Shown here: positions 23,630 to 31,861 of the stretch, piece after piece | Layout of the letters: the number at the start of each line of letters is the position of its first letter | Numbering within the stretch: position 1 is the first letter of the stretch | Assembly (NCBI GenBank): GCA_022564515.1 | Contig: JADFLH010000001.1 | Span: forward strand, 40,917 to 72,916 | Source of the DNA: Nitrososphaerota archaeon | GTDB lineage: Archaea; Thermoproteota; Nitrososphaeria; Nitrososphaerales; Nitrosopumilaceae | Reading direction: 5' to 3' | DNA: 32,000 bases | Notes under the pieces: model-generated | Databases searched by the model: none | What the model saw: only the letters and a program-made list of their open reading frames with translations | Told to the model about the DNA's origin: nothing | Program-made: the position numbers and the translations under genes

Positions 23630-23938
23630 ATGAAATTTTGCCCCAACTGTGAGGTACGACTTAAAAAAAAAGATTCTGGACTTTGTTGTCCAAAATGTGA
23701 TTATGCTGAATCAAGTACTAATACAACAAAAAAAGTAAAGGAGGAAGAATTTCTAGAACTTAATGTTTTAGAAGAAAAGGATACCCAACAAATGTTGTCA
23801 ACAATTAAAATTGATTGTACAAAGTGTGGTCATGATAAAGCAGTCTGGTGGATGCTTCAAACTCGTAGCGCAGATGAACCCACTACTCAGTTTTATAGAT
23901 GTATAAAATGCAATTATACTTGGCGCAATTACGCATAA
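23630..23938 (+). CDS. tfs: Transcription elongation/cleavage factor TFS (RpoM/TFIIS-type)
   Basis: 102 aa. The N-terminal Zn ribbon is CPNC...CPKC. The C-terminal ribbon is CTKCGHDKAVWWMLQTRSADEPTTQFYRCIKC, which carries the acidic SADE loop. Confidence 0.88.
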   Translation: MKFCPNCEVRLKKKDSGLCCPKCDYAESSTNTTKKVKEEEFLELNVLEEKDTQQMLSTIKIDCTKCGHDKAVWWMLQTRSADEPTTQFYRCIKCNYTWRNYA

Positions 23939-23967
23939 TTTTTAAATTGAATATTTAGAATATGTGA

Positions 23968-24720
23968 TTGAGTTTGGTATTTTCAGCTATAACAAGTGGA
24001 TCTGATGATTTGAAGGCAATCATATCTGCAATATCTACACTAGTAGAAGAAGCCACTTTTGTAGCATCAGCTGAGGGAATTACCTTTAGGGGAATGGATC
24101 CATCTCACGTAGCCTTGATAGACATCTCTTGGCCAAACTCAGCATTTGAAAAATATGAGTGTGATAGTGATATCAAATTTGGTGTTCGGATAGACGAATT
24201 TTCAAAACTGATCAAAAGAGCAGAGAAAAAAGACAGCATTGAACTAGGCATCTCTGATGATAACATGCTTCTTGTTACCATTGGTAAAAACAAAAAATAC
24301 AAAATTAGATTAATTGAAAGTTCAGCGAGTGATACACCACTTCCAAAAATTCCATATGATGCCAAGATAGAACTTTCTTCAACAGCATTTGATAAAATTT
24401 TAGGAGATGTACAAGTAGTTTCTGACTATCTTACAATGATTGCTACAGAATCTAAAGCTGAGTTTTCTGGCAAGGGCGATTCAGGGGAGGTAGTTATTGA
24501 GCTTCAAAAAGGTACTGATGATGTTCAAGACTTGTCTGTAAAACAAGAAAGTACTGGAACCTATAGCTTAGAATACCTTAACCCTGTGGTAAAGGCTGTG
24601 GGTACTACAACAGGTTCAATAATCTGTGAGTATTCTAGTGCTAAACCGCTAAGAATAGAATTCAAGGTTGGAAATATTGGTAGAATACATTTCTACTTGG
24701 CTCCACGTGTAGAAAGTTAA
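23968..24720 (+). CDS. pcn: PCNA sliding clamp
   Basis: 250 aa. LVEEATFVASAEGITFRGMDPSHVALIDI is typical of PCNA. The TTG start is forced: TGA immediately precedes it in frame. Confidence 0.88.
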   Translation: MSLVFSAITSGSDDLKAIISAISTLVEEATFVASAEGITFRGMDPSHVALIDISWPNSAFEKYECDSDIKFGVRIDEFSKLIKRAEKKDSIELGISDDNMLLVTIGKNKKYKIRLIESSASDTPLPKIPYDAKIELSSTAFDKILGDVQVVSDYLTMIATESKAEFSGKGDSGEVVIELQKGTDDVQDLSVKQESTGTYSLEYLNPVVKAVGTTTGSIICEYSSAKPLRIEFKVGNIGRIHFYLAPRVES

Positions 24721-24756
24721 AGAATTTAAGGATTAATTAAAACATGTTATACTGAT

Positions 24757-26181
24757 TTGAGACTTATACTAAAATATGGTGGAACTTCTATTTCAACACC
24801 CAAACATATCAAAGATATTGCAAAACACATCTACACACTTTCAAAACAAAATCAAATTCTTGTTGTTTGTTCAGCTATTGGTGGCATAACTGATGAACTT
24901 TTAGAAAAACACCAATTAATAATAAAAGGAGAAAAAACACAAGCAAAACAGTTAACAGAAAAAGTAATTCAAAGACATAAACTACTAGCAAAAAAAACAA
25001 TATCAAATGCAAAAATTAGAAAAAATCTCTTAGATAATTTAAATTCAGATTTCAAAGAACTTGTGGCATTAACTGATGGGATGGTTCTTCTGGGAGAGGT
25101 AACTCCTCGTTCCCTAGATTATCTTATTTCGTTTGGCGAAAGACTATCAATCAAAATAATATCTTCAGCATTGCTCGATATTGGGATAAAATCTGTACCA
25201 CTTACTGGAAAGGAGGTAGGAATTGTGACTGATTCTAATTTTGGCGCATCAAAGCCTTTGATGGATACAACAAGATTCCGTGTTTCAAAAAATGTTGATT
25301 CATTATTTGCAAAAAAAATAGTTCCCGTAATTGGAGGATTTTCAGGAGCAGATCAACATGGCAGAGTAACTACTTTTGGTAGAGGTGGTTCTGATTATAC
25401 TGCAACAATCATTGCGTCTTGCATAAACACAGACGAAATTTGGTTAATGAGTGATGTAGACGGATTAATGACAGCTGATCCAAAAATTGTGAAAGAAGCT
25501 AGGATCTTAAACCAAGTCTCATATGTTGAAGCAATAGAAATGTCTCTTTATGGAGCAAAACAAATTCATCCACGTACATTTGAGCCATTGCTATCAAAGA
25601 AAGTGCCTATGAGAATAAGAAACTCTTTCAACATAAAGAATGAGGGAACCCTTGTTACAGCATATACTGATGCAGCTACAAAAAAGACCGTAAAATGTGT
25701 CAGTGTAATTCGTAACAGTGGCTTGATTGATGTGAGAGGTGGCAGTATGGTTGGGGTTCCTGGGACGGCTGCGAAAATTTTTGTAACTTTGGCAAAAGTA
25801 GGAGTAAATGTAATGATGATTTCACAAAATCCTTCTGAATCAAGCATATCCATTGTTGTCAAAAAAACGGATTTGGAGAAAGCAGTAAATGCTTTAGAAA
25901 TAGAATTGTTAGGAAAAATTATTAAAAAACTTGAGGTTACACCAGATGTTGCAATTGTGGCACTAATTGGTTCTGGCATGAGAGGAACGGTAGGCGTAGC
26001 ATCAAAAGTTTTTGGGGCGGTTTCAAAAAAGAAGGTAAATGTTGTGATGATCACACAAGGTTCCTCAGAACTTAATTTGGCATTTGTGGTAAAGGATTCT
26101 GATTGTGGATCTGCAGTTCAGGCATTACATGATGAGTTTGAATTAGTAAGACAAACTAGTGAAATGGACAAAAAGATTTAA
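24757..26181 (+). CDS. lysC: Aspartate kinase with two C-terminal ACT domains
   Basis: 474 aa. It has the N-terminal LKYGGTS and FGRGGSDYTA motifs and duplicated ACT-like segments. The TTG start is forced: TGA immediately precedes it in frame. Confidence 0.88.
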   Translation: MRLILKYGGTSISTPKHIKDIAKHIYTLSKQNQILVVCSAIGGITDELLEKHQLIIKGEKTQAKQLTEKVIQRHKLLAKKTISNAKIRKNLLDNLNSDFKELVALTDGMVLLGEVTPRSLDYLISFGERLSIKIISSALLDIGIKSVPLTGKEVGIVTDSNFGASKPLMDTTRFRVSKNVDSLFAKKIVPVIGGFSGADQHGRVTTFGRGGSDYTATIIASCINTDEIWLMSDVDGLMTADPKIVKEARILNQVSYVEAIEMSLYGAKQIHPRTFEPLLSKKVPMRIRNSFNIKNEGTLVTAYTDAATKKTVKCVSVIRNSGLIDVRGGSMVGVPGTAAKIFVTLAKVGVNVMMISQNPSESSISIVVKKTDLEKAVNALEIELLGKIIKKLEVTPDVAIVALIGSGMRGTVGVASKVFGAVSKKKVNVVMITQGSSELNLAFVVKDSDCGSAVQALHDEFELVRQTSEMDKKI

Positions 26182-26198
26182 GGGAAAATCTGATCGAG

Positions 26199-27668
26199 AT
26201 GATGATGAAAAAAATAATTGTTGTTATTGCAATTTCAGTTATAGTTTTTAGCATAATTGTAATTCCAGCTATTACTGAACAATTCGCAGATGCTAAATCA
26301 CGTAAAAAAATTCATTTCACTGAAACCATAACCTCTTCACCAGATCCAGGACAAGGTCATGAAGGTCATCAATTGGCTCTAATACTATCTCCTAATGAAG
26401 GTACTTTGTATGATGGTTCTTTGACCTATACAGCAAGCGAACCGGTTCAAATCGTTGTATTGCATGAAATTACTAGTGCTCAAGTCGGTGGTCAGCCAAC
26501 TTGGACTGTTGATGGAATCACCGTATATGGCTTATCTTTAATTAATCCAGAAACAAATGCAGGTTCCTTTGAGTTTACTGGAGCCGCTTTAGCACTGTAT
26601 ACCACTAATACAGATCCTTTTACTGTAACAGTTAGTGTAGATGGATGGATTCGGGGGCAACCGACAGAAGTAATTATGCAAAAATTGGAAATGAAAAAAG
26701 AAGAACCAACTTTGCTACTTTCAAGAGCAAACATCCCTGTAACAATACCGATGCACCCGGGTTTGTTTGAAAATGGAACTGTGCATTATATCATTACAGA
26801 TACAAACGATCAAACCCATGCAGATTTGATTTCAGATAAACAAAAATGGAAAGTTGAGCTTGCTCCACCCTTAAGCGATACACCAAACGAAGTCTTACAA
26901 ACTGTTTACACGTTTAAAGATGGAGTTCAAGGAGATGGTATCCATGGATATCAACAAGAAGTGTTTTCAAGTACCCCGGAACAGACTGATGAATATAGTG
27001 CTTTACACTCAGTAGTTAATGTATCTTGGAAAATTGGCCAGGCCCCCAAAATTCTAAATTCAGTACAAGCAATAAAGGAAGCAGATGAAGCTGGAAGAAT
27101 TAACCTTGAACAAACCGATGTTGTCATAAACATGCCTCAAATAATCTGGCCTGAAGGCCAAATGATGGTAAAAGAAAACAGTACCCTTACTGATGATATG
27201 TCATATGGCGGGGGACAGATTTTGGACATTGACACTGATGAAATGACTGTAACTTTCATTGCACACCGTGGTTGGGGACCTGATGGTAGAACAGTCTATT
27301 ACATTGTAACTGATGCAACACCTTCAGGACCTGCAGAAATGATGGGAGTAACCGACGCACCATCATCAGCAAACTTGATTGCCTACGCAGCAGCAGTTGA
27401 CTTGTTTCAATTTAAGAATGGAATAAAGGGCTCTGGACCATTAGGATTCCAACCAGGCATCGCTGCCTCTGCACTTGGTGATCCAAATTACAGTCCAATG
27501 TGGAGAATTTTCGTGATTGAATGGAATGATCCAGAAAATGCTAAAATTCTAGAAACAAAGGCAGACATTGATGAATTCAAATCAGAAGGTCTTATCACAG
27601 TTAGTTTAGCACGTCCAATGAACTCTGATCATATTGTTAATTGTCCATTTATTGATCCATTCCAATAA
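26199..27668 (+). CDS. Secreted or anchored protein of unknown function with an internally duplicated module of about 135 aa
   Basis: The signal anchor is MMMKKIIVVIAISVIVFSIIVIPAI. Modules at aa 180-316 and 350-486 share VT[IF]x[MA]HxG...[ND]Gxx[HY]YI[IV]TD, FK[DN]G[VI][QK]GxGxxG[YF]Q, YS, [AP]KIL and [VI][IV]N[MC]P. Confidence 0.7.
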   Translation: MMMKKIIVVIAISVIVFSIIVIPAITEQFADAKSRKKIHFTETITSSPDPGQGHEGHQLALILSPNEGTLYDGSLTYTASEPVQIVVLHEITSAQVGGQPTWTVDGITVYGLSLINPETNAGSFEFTGAALALYTTNTDPFTVTVSVDGWIRGQPTEVIMQKLEMKKEEPTLLLSRANIPVTIPMHPGLFENGTVHYIITDTNDQTHADLISDKQKWKVELAPPLSDTPNEVLQTVYTFKDGVQGDGIHGYQQEVFSSTPEQTDEYSALHSVVNVSWKIGQAPKILNSVQAIKEADEAGRINLEQTDVVINMPQIIWPEGQMMVKENSTLTDDMSYGGGQILDIDTDEMTVTFIAHRGWGPDGRTVYYIVTDATPSGPAEMMGVTDAPSSANLIAYAAAVDLFQFKNGIKGSGPLGFQPGIAASALGDPNYSPMWRIFVIEWNDPENAKILETKADIDEFKSEGLITVSLARPMNSDHIVNCPFIDPFQ

Positions 27669-27727
27669 GACATTTTTATTATTTTTTTAGTAAAGGGATA
27701 AATTGTCTGAATTACTTTAATCAAATA

Positions 27728-28522
27728 TTGACTGGAAAGCTGTACATTGTTGGTGTTGGGCCTGGTCACCATGATCACATGACCTTTCGTGCAAAAAAAG
27801 TAATTGAAGAAAGTGATACCATTGTTGGTTATGAAACATATGTCAACATTGTACAAGATCTAATTGACGGTAAAGACATTTACAGATATGCAATGACACA
27901 AGAAGTTGAACGAGCGCATCAATGTATCGATTTAGCTAAATCTGGCAAAATTGTTTCATTAGTATCAAGTGGTGATCCTGGAATTTATGGTATGGCTGGA
28001 TTGATCTATGAAATGCTTGCAGAATCGGACTGGGATCCAAAGAATGGTTTACCCGTAGAGGTGATTCCGGGAGTATCAGCCCTAAATTCATGCGCTTCAA
28101 TAATTGGCTCACCACTTATGACTGATTTTGCTGTTTTGAGCATGAGTGATCTTCTTGTACCGTGGGAAATAATTGTAAAAAGAGTAGAAGCCGCAGCTCA
28201 AGGTGATTTTGTTATAGTTATCTACAATCCATCAAGCAAAAAAAGAATTCATCAACTTCAAGATACTATTAAAATTATGTTAAAGTATAGAAAACCCACA
28301 ACCCCTGTTGCAATAATAAAAGGAGCTTTTAGAGATTCTCAATCTGTTGTTCTAACTGATCTAGAAAACCTTCTAAACCACTCAGACAAATTAGGAATGA
28401 TTACTACTGTAATTGTTGGGAATTCATCAACATATAATTACAAAGATTTGATGATAAATCCCAGAGGATATACCTCAAAATATAATTTACAAGAACAAAC
28501 AAATCCAAAATTAAAAGTCTAA
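27728..28522 (+). CDS. cbiH: Precorrin-3B / cobalt-factor III C17-methyltransferase
   Basis: 264 aa. The motifs are KLYIVGVGPGHHDHMT, VSSGDPGIYGMAG and IPGVSA. TTG start: the first ATG would delete the GVGPG motif. Confidence 0.82.
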   Translation: MTGKLYIVGVGPGHHDHMTFRAKKVIEESDTIVGYETYVNIVQDLIDGKDIYRYAMTQEVERAHQCIDLAKSGKIVSLVSSGDPGIYGMAGLIYEMLAESDWDPKNGLPVEVIPGVSALNSCASIIGSPLMTDFAVLSMSDLLVPWEIIVKRVEAAAQGDFVIVIYNPSSKKRIHQLQDTIKIMLKYRKPTTPVAIIKGAFRDSQSVVLTDLENLLNHSDKLGMITTVIVGNSSTYNYKDLMINPRGYTSKYNLQEQTNPKLKV

Positions 28523-29622
28523 GCACTATTTTTTATAATTTCGAATACATCATGCTCTAATGCAAGCTTTCCTCTAATTTCAGATACCTTAGGAGTTAGG
28601 AGTCTAGCAACAGTCTGTTTAAGATCATTAGGATGTAGGTTTCGATTTTTAAAATCTAATTCTAGTTGAGTATATTCAGAATAGCTAACATTACCTCCAA
28701 ATTTTGGAGGTCTTTCTACAGGAATCTCATCATATTCACGAAAGAGTATCTGTTTAGTAATTTCCAACAATGGATTATTTTCAATATTCCCTTCTTCACA
28801 CCAAGCTTTTTTGATCTTTGATTTTATTTCATCATCAGAATCATGAATGAATATTGTAGAATTAGGATTAGTTTTACTCATTTTATTAAGAACTAATTTT
28901 CCACCACCTGCAAGTTCAAGATTACCACCACCTGTAAGGCCAAGATAAGTAGGTTCTTGTTCACCTGGTTTCGTTAAACCAGATAACAGTTTATGATGAA
29001 CCGCAACTGGCACTTTCCATCCCATCTTCGGAAAAATATCTCTCACTAGCATGTGGATCTTTCTTTGGTCCATACCAGCATGAGCGATATCAACATCAAG
29101 ATAATGAATGTCTAGAGCCTGCATTGGAGGATAAAGGAGCTTTGCAAGATCAATGTTCTCTTCCTTTTCAGATCTTCCCATAATTGTTAGGGTTCTCATT
29201 GTCCTAGCTAAAGACATGTGCTTTGAAAATCGAACAAGATCTTTCCAATATCCCTTACTTTGTTCCTCAGCGTATAATTCTGAACCCATTTTTACATGGA
29301 CCCCAGGGCAAACTGTTTCGAAAGCCTCTTTGTAATATTCTGAAACTTTGGAAATATTTTCTTCATTTCCACCCAGTTTCTCATTAATTATAGTGTGCCA
29401 GTCTGCAAGAAATACAGTACAATCTACTCCAGCTTTTATGAAATCATTAATTTTGTAACCAGTTGTTAACAGACTTCCAAGATGAAGAAATCCGGAGATT
29501 TCTAAACCAATATAATGTTTGGGCTTAGAATTTGTTTTTAGTAATTGAATTAATTCTTCTTTTGTAATAATCTCCTCAGTTGGAGGCTTTTCTATAAGGG
29601 CAAGTTTTTCTGTAACATCCAT
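28519..29622 (-). CDS. tyrS: Tyrosyl-tRNA synthetase, archaeal type
   Basis: 367 aa. LHLG stands at the HIGH position. It has GMDQRKIHMLVRD, KMSKT and KIKKAWC..G..ENNPLLEI. The C-terminal RPPKFGGN...LHPNDLK closely parallels archaeal TyrRS as I remember it. Confidence 0.88.
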   Translation of the reverse strand: MDVTEKLALIEKPPTEEIITKEELIQLLKTNSKPKHYIGLEISGFLHLGSLLTTGYKINDFIKAGVDCTVFLADWHTIINEKLGGNEENISKVSEYYKEAFETVCPGVHVKMGSELYAEEQSKGYWKDLVRFSKHMSLARTMRTLTIMGRSEKEENIDLAKLLYPPMQALDIHYLDVDIAHAGMDQRKIHMLVRDIFPKMGWKVPVAVHHKLLSGLTKPGEQEPTYLGLTGGGNLELAGGGKLVLNKMSKTNPNSTIFIHDSDDEIKSKIKKAWCEEGNIENNPLLEITKQILFREYDEIPVERPPKFGGNVSYSEYTQLELDFKNRNLHPNDLKQTVARLLTPKVSEIRGKLALEHDVFEIIKNSA

Positions 29623-29654
29623 TTGAACTTGGTTTGGATTGTAACCCTATAAAG

Positions 29655-30224
29655 TTACTCAAAATCGTCCAAGGATTTTCTTGGTCTTGTACTAAGATAA
29701 AATGCATGTGCACTAATTATAGTTGCAGCGAGGAACATCTTTGTAGCAAAAATTAGATTCCACGGTCTGTTTGAATCCGGATAATCTACAGATAATATGT
29801 CAATATCTGGAAAACTCCCATTAACTACCTCAGCTGTAATTTGTGCAGTGAGCACTGAAAAATTCCAAAAAACTTCGTAAAGAGAAATTACTGTAAAACC
29901 TAACAGCATTAATTGTATTAAAGACATTTTCCAACCTGTTATCTTATTGTCAGCAGTTCTTTTCCAACCAATCCTAGTAACACAATACCACCCAATAATT
30001 GTTGAAAAAAACAACCACGTTGTCAATCTCGCAAAGCCCTCAAAAGGAATTACAGTTGTGTTTAAAACTTCTCCCATCACATATGTTCCATTTTTTTCCC
30101 ATTCATCTAACATGGCATAGATCCCAAACACTGTAATTGAAACCATAATGAAGCCACATGCATAGAAAATGTACAAGTAAATTTTGTATGCAGTATCAGT
30201 CTTCTGAAGATGGCGAACTTTCAT
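29655..30224 (-). CDS. Integral membrane protein, unknown function
   Basis: 189 aa with 4-5 hydrophobic helices and an ATG start. Confidence 0.6.
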   Translation of the reverse strand: MKVRHLQKTDTAYKIYLYIFYACGFIMVSITVFGIYAMLDEWEKNGTYVMGEVLNTTVIPFEGFARLTTWLFFSTIIGWYCVTRIGWKRTADNKITGWKMSLIQLMLLGFTVISLYEVFWNFSVLTAQITAEVVNGSFPDIDILSVDYPDSNRPWNLIFATKMFLAATIISAHAFYLSTRPRKSLDDFE

Positions 30225-30305
30225 TTATGCAAAATGCAAATTATGAGATATAAAAATTCATAGTAACTTAGAGGAGTTTATTAGCCAAGTTCCAACACAC
30301 CAAAT

Positions 30306-31388
30306 GTGAAAATTCCAATAAACATTCCCCTAGTAGGAAAGGAGGAAATTGATGCAGTTTCTGCTGTGCTCAAAGAAGGCACTCTTACCTCATCAGCTAA
30401 TTTAGGAGGCAAAAATGTTCAAGAATTCGAAAAAATTGCTTCAGCCTTCACAAAATCAAAGTTCGTAATAGCTGTAAATTCTGGTACATCTGCCCTTCAG
30501 GCTGCATTGCTAGCTTTGGATATTAAAAAGGCTGATGAAGTTCTTTTGCCCTCATTTTCTTTTGTTGCCACTGCAAATGCTATTGTTTCAACAGGAGCAA
30601 AACCCGTGTTTGTAGACATCCTAAAAGAAAATTATACAATGGACCCGAATGATTTGAAAAAAAAGATTACAAAAAAATCTAAAGCTATCATTCCAGTTCA
30701 TCTTTATGGAAATGTTGCTTACATAGACCAAATTTCTGAAATAGCAAAAAAACATACTATTCCTATTATTGAAGATGCGGCACAATCTCTAGGTTCTACT
30801 TTAAAAGGAAAACATACTGGCACTTTTTCTATTCTTGGATGTTATAGTCTTTATCCTACAAAAGTAATGACATCAGGAGAAGGGGGATTCATTACAACAA
30901 ATAGTAAAAGTATGCGTGAAAAATTACTAATGATACGAAATCATGGAATGGTGAATGGTTATGACACCAAGATCTTTGGTTTGAATTTTAGATTGCCTGA
31001 AATTAGTGCAGCAATAGCAAAAATTCAAATTAAAAAACTTCCAAAATTTTTATTTCAAAGAAAAAAAAATGCCAAAATTCTCTCTGAGTTAATTTCCGAT
31101 TTACCTATTAAAATTCCAACAGAAAGAAAAAATGAACAAGTAAATTGGTATCTTTATACAGTTGCAATAAAAAATCGAAACACTGTAATGATCAAATTAA
31201 ATAACAAAGGAATTGGGGCAGCATCGTACTATACAACACCTATACACAAAACTCCGTTTTATAGAAAAAAAATCTTGCTCTCAAACACAGATTGGGCCGC
31301 AGCACACGTCTTATCAATCCCAATTCATCCAAAAGTGAGTGTAAAAAATTTGCAATTCATAGCAAAAAATCTGAAAGAATTAGTATGA
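30306..31388 (+). CDS. DegT/DnrJ/EryC1/StrS-family PLP aminotransferase (sugar aminotransferase/dehydratase type)
   Basis: 360 aa. The pattern reads FEKIASAF...AVNSGTSALQAALLAL...DEVLLPSFSFVATANAI...PVFVDI...IEDAAQSLGS. The GTG start is forced: an in-frame TAG lies 8 codons upstream and there is no ATG. Confidence 0.85.
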   Translation: MKIPINIPLVGKEEIDAVSAVLKEGTLTSSANLGGKNVQEFEKIASAFTKSKFVIAVNSGTSALQAALLALDIKKADEVLLPSFSFVATANAIVSTGAKPVFVDILKENYTMDPNDLKKKITKKSKAIIPVHLYGNVAYIDQISEIAKKHTIPIIEDAAQSLGSTLKGKHTGTFSILGCYSLYPTKVMTSGEGGFITTNSKSMREKLLMIRNHGMVNGYDTKIFGLNFRLPEISAAIAKIQIKKLPKFLFQRKKNAKILSELISDLPIKIPTERKNEQVNWYLYTVAIKNRNTVMIKLNNKGIGAASYYTTPIHKTPFYRKKILLSNTDWAAAHVLSIPIHPKVSVKNLQFIAKNLKELV

Positions 31389-31861
31389 AAACTCTTGGTA
31401 ATTTGGCAGGTGAAATCTGTAAAGTACTTTTACCCATTCCTGAAGAGGTATACTTTGGGAATCAAAACTCATCAATTGCAATATGTACTCTATCAAGCAT
31501 TGATTTACTAAAGAAATTATCAAACTCTGAATTATTATCAAAAGTAGCAATTATTGGACGATTGCTATCAGAAAACAAAGGTATAGAATCACTAGTTCAC
31601 TACGTAAACTCTCACTCAAACATCAAAACAGTTTTTCTTTGTGGAAAAGAAGTTTGGGGGCATAAAACCGGTCATTCATTACTTAAATTACATAAAAATG
31701 GAATTGATAAAAGGGGCAGGATAATTGATTCAAACAGTCCAGATCCATATCTTACTCTAACTGAATCAGAAGTAAAAAAATTTCAAACTCAAGTAAGAAT
31801 AATTGATATGGTTGGCGAAACAGATCTGGAAAAAATCAACCAATTAATAGAAATAATTTAG
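31385..31861 (+). CDS. MtrA-like protein (homologue of tetrahydromethanopterin S-methyltransferase subunit A), soluble form
   Basis: The ATG at 31385 overlaps the degT-like stop as ATGA. IIGRLLSENKGIESLVHYVNSHSNIKTVFLCGKEVWGHKTGHSLLKLHKNGID resembles the MtrA corrinoid-binding core. No C-terminal TM helix is present. Confidence 0.6.
   Translation: MKTLGNLAGEICKVLLPIPEEVYFGNQNSSIAICTLSSIDLLKKLSNSELLSKVAIIGRLLSENKGIESLVHYVNSHSNIKTVFLCGKEVWGHKTGHSLLKLHKNGIDKRGRIIDSNSPDPYLTLTESEVKKFQTQVRIIDMVGETDLEKINQLIEII

Noticed and set aside
25566-26054. 162-aa minus-strand ORF inside lysC. Similar ORFs occur at 24105-24365, 26492-26734, 26951-27133, 27629-27856, 29153-29335, 19465-19710, 14474-14755, 13802-14035, 12721-12927, 16460-16684, 16761-17102, 20790-20996 and 23357-23578.
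   Set aside because: They are antisense or out of frame relative to confidently assigned genes, and there is no independent support.
31292-31384. N-terminal extension of the MtrA-like ORF overlapping the DegT-like gene by 97 nt
   Set aside because: The extension (MGRSTRLINPNSSKSECKKF...) is out of frame inside a well-supported gene. The internal ATG at 31385 gives a standard ATGA stop/start overlap.
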